A DNA stretch of 64,000 bases from an uncultured Christensenella sp. (GCA_949294455.1 CASFHD010000002.1:20724-84723); one strand, 5' to 3'; counted from the stretch's first letter, positions 1 through 10,287 are shown. Numbers and translations: made by a program. Notes: a model not told the origin generated them from the letters alone.

Positions 1-714
1 GGACACTATTGCAAAAGAGTTGAAAGAGATGGTAAGTTTTATCTTTATAAACCAAAAGACCTTTCTAAAGACCAAACATATTTTTTGTGTGAAATTAGTC
101 AAGCACAACTTTCAAAGGTTATATTCCCCTTACAAGATTTATTAAAAACAGAAGTTCGTAAAATTGCTAGCGAAAATGGGTTGGTTACTGCTAATAAAAA
201 AGATAGCACAGGTATTTGTTTTATAGGAGAAAGAAATTTTAGAAAATTTTTAAAAGAATACATTCCTGCAAAACCTGGCTTGATTGTAGATACAAAGGGT
301 AATGTTTTGGGTGAACACGATGGTTGCGTCTATTACACAATTGGACAAAGAAAAGGATTAAATATTGGCGGAAAAAGTGGATATGCACAACGCAGATGGT
401 ATGTTGTTGATAAAGATGTGAAAACTAATAAGTTGATAGTGTCTTGTGGCGAAGGTAGCGAATTGTTTTCTAAATTTGTTGAAGTGTCGGATTTTAATTG
501 GATAACAGATGTCATTGATTTACCTTTTAATGCTTTTGCAAAACTCAGATACCGTGAACCAGATAAACCTTGCAAGGTAACTTTTAATAATGGGAAAATG
601 ATATTAGAATTTGATAGTCCTGAAAGGGCTGTTACAAAAGGTCAATTCGCTGTTTTATATGCAGAAGACGGAATGTGCTATGGCGGCGGAAAGATTACTA
701 ATTATTGGAAATAA
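1..714 (+). CDS. mnmA: tRNA 2-thiouridine(34) synthase MnmA, C-terminal part (5' end lies upstream of the window)
   Basis: The frame is open from nt 1 (GHYCKRVERDGKFYLYKPKDLSKDQTYFLC...). It carries the MnmA-type motifs DSTGICFIGERNFRKFL and YTIGQRKGLNIGG. Confidence 0.9.
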   Translation, partial: GHYCKRVERDGKFYLYKPKDLSKDQTYFLCEISQAQLSKVIFPLQDLLKTEVRKIASENGLVTANKKDSTGICFIGERNFRKFLKEYIPAKPGLIVDTKGNVLGEHDGCVYYTIGQRKGLNIGGKSGYAQRRWYVVDKDVKTNKLIVSCGEGSELFSKFVEVSDFNWITDVIDLPFNAFAKLRYREPDKPCKVTFNNGKMILEFDSPERAVTKGQFAVLYAEDGMCYGGGKITNYWK

Positions 715-731
715 TAGAATATATGTTCTAT

Positions 732-768
732 AAGTATTTGATTATTTTGTTCAAATACTTATTTTTTT
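732..768 (+). terminator. Rho-independent terminator after mnmA
   Basis: A 10-bp perfect stem aagtatttga/tcaaatactt with a 9-nt loop, followed by atttttttt. Confidence 0.7.
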
Positions 769-808
769 ATCATTTTATACAATATTTTAAAAAATTTGTC
801 GCAAAATG

Positions 809-837
809 TTGACATTATGTTCTAATTTTTCTATAAT
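809..837 (+). promoter_or_regulatory. Consensus sigma-A type promoter for the 861 ORF
   Basis: TTGACA (809-814), exactly 17 nt of spacer, then TATAAT (832-837). It lies ~24 nt upstream of the GGGGG RBS and ATG 861. Confidence 0.6.
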
Positions 838-860
838 TCGTATGTATTGAAGGGGGTATT

Positions 861-1325
861 ATGATTAACGAAATTGATGCAGAAGCATTAGTTACTGGTT
901 ATAAGTTTTTTGAAAGAACTTGTAAGGCTATTGATGGTTTTATTTATAATTTTGCTACTAATTTTGGTTCTGAAGAAACAGAAGAAATTGCTGATAAAAT
1001 CACCGATTTAATTGAAAGAAAAAACAAACTCATAAATTTGAAATTAGTTATTGATGAGTGTGTAAAAAAATTACCTATAAATTTAAGAGAAATAATTATT
1101 TTAAAAATGAAATACGTTTGTAGTGTAGAAAGTATGGCAAGTATTTTAAATGTTACTAAAAGAACGGTTTTTAGAAAAATAAAAAAGGCAATGTCTGCTT
1201 TGGCATACGAAATTAATAAAATGGAATACTCTAAAAAAATTGTAGAAATTATCTATAAAGAATGTTGGCTTGAACGAATTAAGGGACAAGTTATTAGAAG
1301 AAGGCATATAGAGGAGGTTGTTTAA
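861..1325 (+). CDS. Sigma-70 region-4-like HTH protein; ArpU/RinA-like phage late-gene activator candidate
   Basis: 154 aa. The C-terminal half, LPINLREIIILKMKYVCSVESMASILNVTKRTVFRKIKKAMSAL, has the layout of sigma region 4 / phage late activators. It sits just upstream of the terminase module and has a good RBS. Confidence 0.5.
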   Translation: MINEIDAEALVTGYKFFERTCKAIDGFIYNFATNFGSEETEEIADKITDLIERKNKLINLKLVIDECVKKLPINLREIIILKMKYVCSVESMASILNVTKRTVFRKIKKAMSALAYEINKMEYSKKIVEIIYKECWLERIKGQVIRRRHIEEVV

Positions 1326-2089
1326 AAGTCTTTTATTTCTTTTGATTTTTTGTTTTTACTTTTTAATATTTTTGATTGTTTTAATACCATAATGGTGAAA
1401 ACTAGTGCTGGAATTGATAATAAAATTATCACTACACTAGTTTTTTCATCGCCTAATTTTAAGGTTGTATCTGTATTTTTCTCTGTGTTCGGTTCAAACG
1501 AATCTATATATGTTACTATTTCAGTATTATCACTATATTCAGTCATATAGTCGCAACCATCACTATAACAATATCCTTTTATTATTTCATCACCGTAATA
1601 TTTAATGTAATACCAGGTAGTTGTTCTCAGTTCAATTACTGCTTCAGATTGAATGGTTCCGTAAAATTCTACATCTCTAGTATATAATGGCATATACATA
1701 ATTAAATTGCTGGCACCTGTACTAGCATACGGGGAAGTTCTAAGAGGTCTTGACACTTCAGAATATACTCTAAAACTTATATTATCTAAATAGGGATTTA
1801 TTGGAATGTTAGAAGTAAATTTTATATTGTTTAATTTAACATAGCCTGTCACGTCTTTGTATTCTACTTTTGCAAAATTTCCAACCGTTAAGGTTGCTTT
1901 CACAAAATATGTTTTTGGCAAAATAAACATTATATTAGATAGTTCGTTATCTTCTGTTGGGGTTTTATATAAATAAGTGTCATCAGTCATTACTCGAGCA
2001 TAGCAAAAATTTTCACTATAAGCGTAGGCTTCAATAGGACTAGAAAAAATTGTACTAAAAACTATAGTTATTATTAGAATTAATACCAT
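1322..2089 (-). CDS. Membrane-anchored protein with two SH3b-like repeats
   Basis: It has an N-terminal signal-like segment (MVLILIITIVFSTIFSS) and a C-terminal TM (VVIILLSIPALVFTIMVL) followed by a basic tail. Two segments show the pattern ARV..YLYKTP...VEYKDVTGYV / ..YYIKYYGDEIIKGYCY. Confidence 0.5.
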   Translation of the reverse strand: MVLILIITIVFSTIFSSPIEAYAYSENFCYARVMTDDTYLYKTPTEDNELSNIMFILPKTYFVKATLTVGNFAKVEYKDVTGYVKLNNIKFTSNIPINPYLDNISFRVYSEVSRPLRTSPYASTGASNLIMYMPLYTRDVEFYGTIQSEAVIELRTTTWYYIKYYGDEIIKGYCYSDGCDYMTEYSDNTEIVTYIDSFEPNTEKNTDTTLKLGDEKTSVVIILLSIPALVFTIMVLKQSKILKSKNKKSKEIKDF

Positions 2090-2171
2090 AAGTTAATTTT
2101 AACCTAAATATTTTTTTAGATTTTGACACCTATTGGTTTTTTTTGAAAAAAAGTGTTGTATATTCACAGAT

Positions 2172-3599
2172 ATGTACGAAGTCGTGCGAAAAATTCTGGA
2201 TATCGAAAGAGAACAAAAAATTCGTTTAAATAATAATAAACTACGATTATACAATAGTGGCGATAAAATTCATTTAAAACAAATTGAATTCCATAAAACA
2301 GATAAGAAAAATCGCTGGGTTTTTGGTGGAAACAGAAGCGGTAAAACAGAGTGTGGTGCCGTTGAAGTAGTTTACACTGCACGAGGTTGTCACCCTTATA
2401 GAAAGATACAAGGAGCAACTGAAGGTTGGGTGGTGTCTTTGACCTCTCAAGTACAGCGTGATGTCGCTCAAAAGAAAATATTGTATTATCTAAATCCTGA
2501 TTGGATTACTTCAATTGTGATGTCTAGTGGGAGAAAAGACAGTCCTCAAAATGGAATAATTGATTATATTTTAGTTAGAAATGTCTTTGGCAGTTTGTCT
2601 AGAATTGGTTTTAAAAATCAAGAACAAGGCAGAGAAAAGTTCCAAGGAACAAGTCTTGATTATGTTTGGTTTGATGAAGAACCTGTTTTAGATATTTATA
2701 TTGAATGTAAAATGCGATTGCTTGATAGAAATGGTTATATGTGGGGTACGATGACTCCGTTAAAAGGACTAACTTTTATTTATACAGATATTTATCTAAA
2801 CGAAAAAAATGACCCAAATATTTGGTATGAATTTATGCAATGGGACGACAATCCTTACATTTCTGTTGAAGCAAAAAAAATGCTTGAGAGCAGTTTGTCT
2901 TCAGATGAATTAAGAGCTAGAAAGTATGGCGAATTTATGAGTTTTGGAGGGCTTGTTTATAGTGAGTTTGATGAGCGGGTGAATGTAATTGAACCTTTTG
3001 ATATACCTATAGATTGGTATGATTTGGTGTCGATTGACCCGGGATTAAAAAATCCTCTTTCTTGTCATTTTTATGCAAGAGATTATGATGGTAATGTCTA
3101 TGTAGTGGCAGAACATTACGAATCAGATAAACCTATTGATTATCACGCTAAAAAAATTTTGGAAATCGCTGATAGATTAAACTGGCACAGGGGATTTAAT
3201 GGAAAATTGCAAGCACTTATAGACAGTGCGGCAAATCAGAGAACACTTGCAAGTGAAAAGTCTGTTACAATGCTTTTTGATGAATTAGGTATTAGTTGTA
3301 ACACTGATGTAAATAAAGACTTGTTTTCAGGAATTAATAAAGTTAAGTCTTACATTAGAACTAACGATGGAAAGAGACATTTATTTATCTTTAAAAGTTG
3401 CGTAAATATGATTCGAGAAATAAAAGGTTATTTTTGGGGCAATGATGATGCACCTATTAAAAAAGATGACCACGCAATGGACGAACTTAGATATTATTTA
3501 ATGTTTAGCAAATTAAAAGTAAAAAAAGTAGAAGACAATTCAACAGAAATTTCTAGGCATAAAGCAAGGCTTATAAACAGATTGAAAAAGTATGAATGA
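2172..3599 (+). CDS. terL: Phage terminase large subunit
   Basis: Walker A is GGNRSGKTECG and Walker B is LDYVWFDEEP. The C-terminal nuclease-type acidic motifs are VSIDPG, DSAANQ and DDHAMDELRY. The start is placed at ATG 2172, but the TTG at 2133 is possible. Confidence 0.85.
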   Translation: MYEVVRKILDIEREQKIRLNNNKLRLYNSGDKIHLKQIEFHKTDKKNRWVFGGNRSGKTECGAVEVVYTARGCHPYRKIQGATEGWVVSLTSQVQRDVAQKKILYYLNPDWITSIVMSSGRKDSPQNGIIDYILVRNVFGSLSRIGFKNQEQGREKFQGTSLDYVWFDEEPVLDIYIECKMRLLDRNGYMWGTMTPLKGLTFIYTDIYLNEKNDPNIWYEFMQWDDNPYISVEAKKMLESSLSSDELRARKYGEFMSFGGLVYSEFDERVNVIEPFDIPIDWYDLVSIDPGLKNPLSCHFYARDYDGNVYVVAEHYESDKPIDYHAKKILEIADRLNWHRGFNGKLQALIDSAANQRTLASEKSVTMLFDELGISCNTDVNKDLFSGINKVKSYIRTNDGKRHLFIFKSCVNMIREIKGYFWGNDDAPIKKDDHAMDELRYYLMFSKLKVKKVEDNSTEISRHKARLINRLKKYE

Positions 3600-3900
3600 T
3601 TTATTTGATATAAAAACTTTGGAAAGATTAAAAAAATTAGCAATGGGCGGAATAACTAAAGAGTTAAATAAAGAATTTGTTGCAGATAGTAATGGAATAT
3701 TAAAAATTGGCAAACAAAAAGAAGTTACAAAATTAACTCTTCCAGATGTCGATTTATTAAAATTTGTTTATTCAGTTTCACAAGAATTGAATATCAAAAA
3801 TATGTCAGATGAAGAACTTGAAAATGAAAAAAAGCGTTTAATTAAACAACTTTTACAGGAGGAAGAAAATGGAAATAGAAAAAGTGAGAATGAACATTAA
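3592..3900 (+). CDS. Hypothetical phage protein (102 aa, acidic C-terminus)
   Basis: The ATG overlaps the TerL stop by 8 nt, suggesting translational coupling. No motif was recognised. Confidence 0.5.
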   Translation: MNDLFDIKTLERLKKLAMGGITKELNKEFVADSNGILKIGKQKEVTKLTLPDVDLLKFVYSVSQELNIKNMSDEELENEKKRLIKQLLQEEENGNRKSENEH

Positions 3901-4090
3901 ATGTGATGGAAGCGGTTGTAAAAATTTGGCAACATATACAATTTTAAATAAAAAATTTGTATTTGATAGCAGCATTCATTTATGCGATGCTTGCTTAAAT
4001 GAATTGTATTCGATAATTGGGAAAATTGTAGTACCTAAAAATATTGAACCCATTTATAAATCAAAAGGAGTAAAAAATGAGAAAAACTAA
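3869..4090 (+). CDS. Hypothetical small 4-Cys (zinc-ribbon-like) phage protein
   Basis: A GGAGGA RBS precedes the ATG. Cys pairs CDGSGC ... CDAC are present. It overlaps both neighbouring genes. Confidence 0.45.
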   Translation: MEIEKVRMNIKCDGSGCKNLATYTILNKKFVFDSSIHLCDACLNELYSIIGKIVVPKNIEPIYKSKGVKNEKN

Positions 4091-5930
4091 ATATTTAGAG
4101 CAACTAGTTGAAAGCGTTGTCAATGATTTTAATTCAAGGCGTGAACAAAGAAGAAATCTTGAATCTCAATGGCAATTAAATATCAATTTTATGATAGGCA
4201 ATCAATATAGTTATATCGGAAATAATGGAAATATTTTTGATAGTGATAAACAGTATTTTTGGCAAGAAAGAGAAGTGTTTAATCATATTGCATCAAATAT
4301 AGAGGCACGAATTTGCAGAATTATAGATAAAATACCAACTCTTTCTGTGTTACCCGCTTCAAATGATATTGCAGATATTGAGAGCGCAAGGTTGTCTAAA
4401 GAAATTTTAGCAAGCGTTACAGATAGTATAGATTTAAAAGATATCGTTAGACACGCTGTAACTTGGTCAGAAATTACAGGAACTGCTTTTTATAAGATTT
4501 CTTGGAACGCAGATAAAGGCACAAATATAAGAATCAGCGATACAGAAAAAAGTGTTAAGATAGGTGATATTGATGTTACTGTTTGCTCTCCTTTTGAAGT
4601 GTTGCCTGATAATTTGAACATTGAAAACATTAGTGAATGTAAAAGTATCATTCACGCAAGAGCGTATAATGTCGATGATATAAAAACTATTTGGGGCAAA
4701 TCAGTAAAACCTGAAAAAGTGCGTGCATTTACTTTTGATAATATATCTACCTCTTTGGGTGGTTTGGGGTACAATGCCCATATAAATAAAGTAGCAAATG
4801 TTGAACTTCAAAATTCTGCTTTGATTATAGAAAGATATGAATTACCAAGCGAAGAATTTCCAAACGGAAGACTCACCATTGTGTGCTCTAACGAGTTGCT
4901 ATATGATGGAGAGTTGCCATATATTAATGCTGAAAATGGCGAGCGAACTTTTCCTTTTGTCAAACAAATTTCTAACTTTATGACAGGAAGTTTCTACGGA
5001 GTCAGTGTTATAGATAGAATGATTCCTATTCAAAGAGCTTATAACGCAGTAAGAAACAGAAAACACGAATACTTAAATAGAATTAGTATGGGTGTTTTAA
5101 CGGTTGAAGATGGTAGTGTGGACACTGATGCTTTGGAAGTTGATGGACTTTCTCCTGGTAAAGTTTTAGTTTACAGACAGGGCGGTAAGGCTCCTGAAAT
5201 TATGGAAGTCCCAGAAATGATAGGCGACTTTGCAACTGAAGAAGATAGACTTTTAGAAGAATTTAAAAATGTTTCTGGAATTTCTGACCTTGTTGAAACT
5301 TATAACAAGTATTCAAATTTATCTGGTACTGCACTAGAACTTATTTATGAACAAAATGAATTAAGACTATCTATGTCAATTTCTGAACTTAAAAAGTCAG
5401 TAAAACTGATAGGAAAACAAATTTTAAATCTTTATAAGCAATTTGCTGTTGTGCCAAGACTATTAAAGATTGCAGGAACGGAAGGCACCTTAAAAATGTA
5501 TTATTGGGATAATACGGAAATTTGTAGCGATGATGTAGTGATTGAAACACAATCAGATTTAGGGGATTCAATAACTACTAGGCGTGCAACTCTTATGGAA
5601 CTTATTAACAGTGGGCTATTGTATGATAAAAATGGAACATTTTCTGAATCTATGCGTAGAAAATGCCTTGATATGATAGGCTTTGGTTCTATCGAAACAA
5701 CGCAAGATATTAATGCTTTACATATAAATAAGGCAAAAGAAGAAAACTTAAAATTATCAAATGGAGATTCTGTACAAATTTTAGAAATTGATGACCATCA
5801 AATTCATATTGATGAACATACCGCACATATTCTGTCGCAAGAATTTAGAGCAAATGCTAGTGATTATACTATAGAAAAATTCTTGTTACATATTAGAGAA
5901 CATAAAAAATTGTTAAAAGGAGATAATTAA
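4077..5930 (+). CDS. Phage portal protein (by position and size)
   Basis: 617 aa, directly downstream of the terminase module and upstream of scaffold and capsid. The N-terminal segment SQWQLNINFMIGNQY is reminiscent of portal families as I recall them. No TM. Confidence 0.6.
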   Translation: MRKTKYLEQLVESVVNDFNSRREQRRNLESQWQLNINFMIGNQYSYIGNNGNIFDSDKQYFWQEREVFNHIASNIEARICRIIDKIPTLSVLPASNDIADIESARLSKEILASVTDSIDLKDIVRHAVTWSEITGTAFYKISWNADKGTNIRISDTEKSVKIGDIDVTVCSPFEVLPDNLNIENISECKSIIHARAYNVDDIKTIWGKSVKPEKVRAFTFDNISTSLGGLGYNAHINKVANVELQNSALIIERYELPSEEFPNGRLTIVCSNELLYDGELPYINAENGERTFPFVKQISNFMTGSFYGVSVIDRMIPIQRAYNAVRNRKHEYLNRISMGVLTVEDGSVDTDALEVDGLSPGKVLVYRQGGKAPEIMEVPEMIGDFATEEDRLLEEFKNVSGISDLVETYNKYSNLSGTALELIYEQNELRLSMSISELKKSVKLIGKQILNLYKQFAVVPRLLKIAGTEGTLKMYYWDNTEICSDDVVIETQSDLGDSITTRRATLMELINSGLLYDKNGTFSESMRRKCLDMIGFGSIETTQDINALHINKAKEENLKLSNGDSVQILEIDDHQIHIDEHTAHILSQEFRANASDYTIEKFLLHIREHKKLLKGDN

Positions 5931-6571
5931 TGGAAATTTCGGAACAACCACAATTAATGGACAATCTAGAAGATAAAAATTTAGACAGTGTAAAAGATGA
6001 TTTGTCTATGGAAAATGAAAAAATAGCAGGTCAAAGTGGCTCCGAAACTCTTGGCAAATTCAAATCAGTTGAAAGTCTATATAAGGCTTATAATGAATTA
6101 CAAAAAGAGTTTACAAAAAAAAGTCAAGAGTTAAGTGCGATTAAATCTAAACTCGATGATAAGGTAGAAACCCCAAAGAGTAAAGATGAATTAATCGACG
6201 AAAAAATTGAAGAATTTATAAAAAATTGCCCTAAAAGTGTAGTTTTTAAACAAAATTTTAAAGAAAATTTACAAAAAGATGAAAATTTTGACAGTAAAAA
6301 TTTATTTGAAATTTATGCAAACTTATTGGAAAATAATTCTAAATCTGCAGTTGAATATTCTGTCGATGAGAACTTTCTAAATGATTATATTTATTCAAAT
6401 GAAAAAATCAGAGAACATATCGTAAAAGATTACATTCAAAAAATTAAAAATATCACTCCTGTTAAGTTGTCAAATTCTAATCTTTCTTCAATTTCTATAC
6501 TTCCTCCAAATCAACCCAAAACGGTATCTGAGGCGGGCAAAATAGCAAAATCAATTATAAAACAAATTTAA
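5930..6571 (+). CDS. Scaffolding-like protein
   Basis: 213 aa, acidic and coiled-coil-rich. It lies between portal and capsid, and its ATG overlaps the portal TAA by 1 nt. Confidence 0.5.
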   Translation: MEISEQPQLMDNLEDKNLDSVKDDLSMENEKIAGQSGSETLGKFKSVESLYKAYNELQKEFTKKSQELSAIKSKLDDKVETPKSKDELIDEKIEEFIKNCPKSVVFKQNFKENLQKDENFDSKNLFEIYANLLENNSKSAVEYSVDENFLNDYIYSNEKIREHIVKDYIQKIKNITPVKLSNSNLSSISILPPNQPKTVSEAGKIAKSIIKQI

Positions 6572-6581
6572 GGAGATTTTT

Positions 6582-7781
6582 ATGGTAGATTTAACCTCTT
6601 GTCAAGCAGCTTTAAAAGACGCTTATCTCGTTGCTGCTTGTAATCAATTAAATACAATGGCAAATCCACTTTTGACTAAAATTAAACAGTCAACAGCTAA
6701 TGTATATGGTAAGCAAATTATTAAAATGGCACCTATTGGTTTGAATGGTGGCGTGGGTGCAGGTAGCGAAACAGGACTTTTGCCTACCGCAAATTCTAAT
6801 ACTTATGCAGAATTTAAAACAACTTTAAAAAATCTTTATGGTACTATTGAAATTTCTGATAAGGCAATCAGAGCTAGTGAAAGCAATTTGGGCGCATTTG
6901 TAAATTTATTGGACGCTGAAATGGAAGGTCTTTTGACTGCTTCTAAATTCAATCTTGGCAGAATGCTTTACGGAGATGGTTCTGGATTAGTTGCTACTGT
7001 TTCTAGTTATAGTAGTTCTACTCATACTGCTACTTTGGATAGTGTTAAAAATATTATGGAAGGTATGGTTTTAGATAGCTATTCTGAAGATACACTAGAC
7101 AATGCAGGCTTAAGAGTAAAATATGTTGACCGTGTTAATAAAACTGTTACTTTTGTGAGTGCTCCTAGTACTGATTTGGCAAGTAATGATAAATTATATG
7201 TTCAAGGTAGTAAAAATAATGAAATCACAGGTCTTGGTGCAATTTTTGGTTCTGGCACAACTTTATATGGGTTAAGCAAAACTGAGAATAAATGGTTGAC
7301 TCCTTACACTTCAAGTACAAGTCAAGAAATTTCTGATGATGTTATGTCTCAAGCTGTTGATTTCTTGGCAGAGTATTCAGCAAGTAATATTGATATGATT
7401 ACTTGTGGTAGCGCTGTTAAAAGAGCTTATCAAAACTATTTATCTTATTATAGAAGAAATGTAGATGTTATGGAATTGCAAGGCGGTTACAAAGCGCTGA
7501 CATTTAATGGTATTCCTGTAGTTACTGATAGATTTGTTGCTGATGATACTATGTATTTATTGGACACTTCAAAGTTTACTTTACATCAACTTTGTGATTG
7601 GGAGTGGATTGAAGGCGAAGGCGGAAAAATATTAAGACAAAAAGCGGGTTACCCAGCTTATACCGCAACTTTAGTTAAATATGCTGATTTGATTTGTGAA
7701 CAACCTAATGCTCAGGCTAAAATTTCAGGAATCAAAAGCAGTGTTACTAATCCTTTTACAACGGTAGTAGAGACTGCTTAA
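6582..7781 (+). CDS. Major capsid protein (by position, size and expression signals)
   Basis: 399 aa with an AAGGAG RBS. It follows the scaffold gene and is followed by a strong terminator. Rich in small residues, no TM. Confidence 0.65.
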   Translation: MVDLTSCQAALKDAYLVAACNQLNTMANPLLTKIKQSTANVYGKQIIKMAPIGLNGGVGAGSETGLLPTANSNTYAEFKTTLKNLYGTIEISDKAIRASESNLGAFVNLLDAEMEGLLTASKFNLGRMLYGDGSGLVATVSSYSSSTHTATLDSVKNIMEGMVLDSYSEDTLDNAGLRVKYVDRVNKTVTFVSAPSTDLASNDKLYVQGSKNNEITGLGAIFGSGTTLYGLSKTENKWLTPYTSSTSQEISDDVMSQAVDFLAEYSASNIDMITCGSAVKRAYQNYLSYYRRNVDVMELQGGYKALTFNGIPVVTDRFVADDTMYLLDTSKFTLHQLCDWEWIEGEGGKILRQKAGYPAYTATLVKYADLICEQPNAQAKISGIKSSVTNPFTTVVETA

Positions 7782-7795
7782 CGAAATAAATAATT

Positions 7796-7826
7796 AGAAG
7801 ATATTGTATCTTCTTTTTATTTTTAT
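7796..7826 (+). terminator. Rho-independent terminator/attenuator after the capsid gene
   Basis: Stem agaagata/tatcttct with loop ttg, followed by ttttatttttattt. Confidence 0.6.
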
Positions 7827-7885
7827 TTAAAAAAAATATAAATTTGTGTGTTTTTTACAATAAATTGCATAAAAATGGAGTAAAA

Positions 7886-8242
7886 ATGTTAAAAAAAATA
7901 AATTCTGATGTTTTTAATATATCTAATAGAATTAAAAAGATAAATAAAAACTTTTATCTTGTTTTTGATAGCAATAAAAATAAATTTGTATTATATAAAA
8001 AAAACAACATATTTAAAAGATATTTAGACGAGTATGTTTTGACTTTACCATTTGATTATTTAGATGATAGAAGTATTAAATATATTATAAATAGTGACTC
8101 AAAAAATCTACAAAAAATATTAGATGATATTGAAGAAAATAATAAAGTTATAGAAAAGAAAAATATTTTATTAACAAAAGAAAAAACTCAACAGAATCTT
8201 GAAGATTTATTGAAAAAATACACAAAACTAGGAGGGTTATGA
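7886..8242 (+). CDS. Hypothetical phage protein (118 aa)
   Basis: ATG 7886 is preceded by GGAG. Its stop overlaps the next ATG (ATGA). Confidence 0.5.
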   Translation: MLKKINSDVFNISNRIKKINKNFYLVFDSNKNKFVLYKKNNIFKRYLDEYVLTLPFDYLDDRSIKYIINSDSKNLQKILDDIEENNKVIEKKNILLTKEKTQQNLEDLLKKYTKLGGL

Positions 8243-8808
8243 ATTCGCTAGAAGTTATAAAAAAGGTTGCACGAATATTAAAAATACCTAATATTTACAA
8301 AAACGAAGATATTGATTCTATCACTGAGACTAATGAAACTGAAATATTGTCTTCTAATGAAGATCTTAATTTATGCTTTGATTTGTTAAAATTACAAATT
8401 AAAGAAATTGCTTCTAATGTCTGTGAAATTATTAAAAGCATTGTTTTGACACCAGAAAACAACAGAATCAGTTTAAATAATATTGGGAATTTTTTAAAAA
8501 TCAAAAAAATTGTATATGATAATCAATTGGTAAGTTTTAAAATTATAAATAATTATATTGTTTTGCCTATTGATAAAACTGTAGAAATTATATACTCTGA
8601 AGATGTACAACCATCTTCTCTTTTGGAAGATATAGATTACTTTAAAGGTGTATCTGATGATGTTTTGGTTTATGGTCTATGTTCTTATTACTCATTATCA
8701 TCTGGTTTGTTTGAAGAATATAACAACTTTCATTCTTTATATGAAGAAAAAATTAAAAATTGTAAAAATGTTAAAGTATTTTCATTAAAATTGAGGGATT
8801 GGGTATGA
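8239..8808 (+). CDS. Hypothetical phage structural protein (head-completion/adaptor candidate by position)
   Basis: 189 aa with ATGA overlaps at both ends. Confidence 0.45.
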   Translation: MNSLEVIKKVARILKIPNIYKNEDIDSITETNETEILSSNEDLNLCFDLLKLQIKEIASNVCEIIKSIVLTPENNRISLNNIGNFLKIKKIVYDNQLVSFKIINNYIVLPIDKTVEIIYSEDVQPSSLLEDIDYFKGVSDDVLVYGLCSYYSLSSGLFEEYNNFHSLYEEKIKNCKNVKVFSLKLRDWV

Positions 8809-10271
8809 GTTCGGCTAAATTTTCTAAAAAAAGATTAGTTTTCGATGATTTTTCAACAACCTTAATCAACGATGTTAATTATAATAAAAAGCATTTTGAA
8901 ACTACTAATATCTACAATATTAAATGTTGTGATGGGATTTTAAAAAATTGCAGTGGTATTAAAAAGGCTTGTGCTCCTTATACTTCTGATTATGGAAGCA
9001 ATGAGTCAGAATTTGAATATGATTCTTTGGGCTTAAATAAGTTTAGAAAACTCTATTATTTTAAAGAGTATTCTCTATATAATGCTTATAATAAATACAG
9101 GTTAATTGTCTTTGCTAATGATAATGAAATGTATGCTAATAGAATGTTTTTTAATTCTTTTGAATTTGCTAAAGTTCCTAATATGATTTTTTTTGAAGAA
9201 CCTAATGCTTTACGTTGTAAAATAGATGGAAAGTTTGCAACGCTTTTTGCTAGTTCTGATGATGATATGAGAGTTTGGGTGACTGATGAAACACCTTATT
9301 TTATTAACGAAATTTCTAAAATTAAAGATTTATGTTTCTTTGAAGATGTATTGTTTTGTATTAGAATGGGTGATGAGCAACAATTATGGTATACTTACAC
9401 TTTAGACATTAATGATATTGGAGGTACAAATTCAGGAAACATTGATTTATTTAACGACAGAGGCAGATGTGAAAAACTTATCGCTTTTAATGGAAGTTTG
9501 TTTGTCTTTAGAGAGTTTGGTATAACTAAAATTAGCGTTCTAGGTTCAAACAAATTTTCTATCACACATTTATTTGATTCAACTAGTACTATTTTTAAAG
9601 ATTCAGTCGCAGTATGCGGTAATAAAGTTATCTTTATGACTAAAGATGGATTATATTCATTCAATGGTGTTAGTGCTACTAAACTTGATTTAAAATTTAA
9701 TAATTTGCTTTTGGACGCAAGAAAAGAGGCAGTTGCTGCAACTATGCAAAATAAATATTTCCTTGCTTTTAGAACTGATTTTAATGATTCTGAACAAGTT
9801 GGCTGTGAAGCAAATAATGGATACATAAACAATGCTTTAATTATTATAGATATGGAAACTTATGACTTTGAATTGATTAGAGGCGTTGATATTAAGCATA
9901 TGCTTCCTGTTAAAGATGGCTATTTTGAAAGAATGTATTTTGTATTTAATACAGGTAATGTCGCTGATATTGGTCAACTTTGTGATGATAACACACTTTT
10001 CGGTCAAAATTTGAAAAAATCTTTATCCACTGACAAAATCTTTTCGGATAGTTTAAATAAAAAAACAATTAGAAAATTAAAAGTAGATGGTACTGCTGGA
10101 ACTATCGTAAAAGTGATTACTGAAAATGATAGTTATCCTTTCACTCTAAAAAAAGATGGTATAAATGAATTTTTTACGATTATTCCTTGTACTAATTTTA
10201 AATTTTGTATTGAAAGTAATAATAGTAGTTTATTAATTAACTTTATTGAAATTGAATGGCAAGAAAATTAA
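8805..10271 (+). CDS. Hypothetical large phage structural protein (488 aa)
   Basis: ATG 8805 overlaps the upstream stop (ATGA) and has a GAGGGA RBS. No TM and no recognisable motif. It is the largest post-capsid gene. Confidence 0.5.
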   Translation: MSSAKFSKKRLVFDDFSTTLINDVNYNKKHFETTNIYNIKCCDGILKNCSGIKKACAPYTSDYGSNESEFEYDSLGLNKFRKLYYFKEYSLYNAYNKYRLIVFANDNEMYANRMFFNSFEFAKVPNMIFFEEPNALRCKIDGKFATLFASSDDDMRVWVTDETPYFINEISKIKDLCFFEDVLFCIRMGDEQQLWYTYTLDINDIGGTNSGNIDLFNDRGRCEKLIAFNGSLFVFREFGITKISVLGSNKFSITHLFDSTSTIFKDSVAVCGNKVIFMTKDGLYSFNGVSATKLDLKFNNLLLDARKEAVAATMQNKYFLAFRTDFNDSEQVGCEANNGYINNALIIIDMETYDFELIRGVDIKHMLPVKDGYFERMYFVFNTGNVADIGQLCDDNTLFGQNLKKSLSTDKIFSDSLNKKTIRKLKVDGTAGTIVKVITENDSYPFTLKKDGINEFFTIIPCTNFKFCIESNNSSLLINFIEIEWQEN

Positions 10272-10287
10272 AAGGAGGTCATAATGT

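Noticed and set aside
715-860. An att-site duplication of the tRNA-Gln 3' end that would delimit the phage-derived island.
   Set aside because: I looked for tggctggggtaggtagattcgaa or sub-strings of it at the left border (715-860) and around 2090-2170 and found nothing. The boundaries therefore remain undefined. A computational repeat search would still be needed to be certain.
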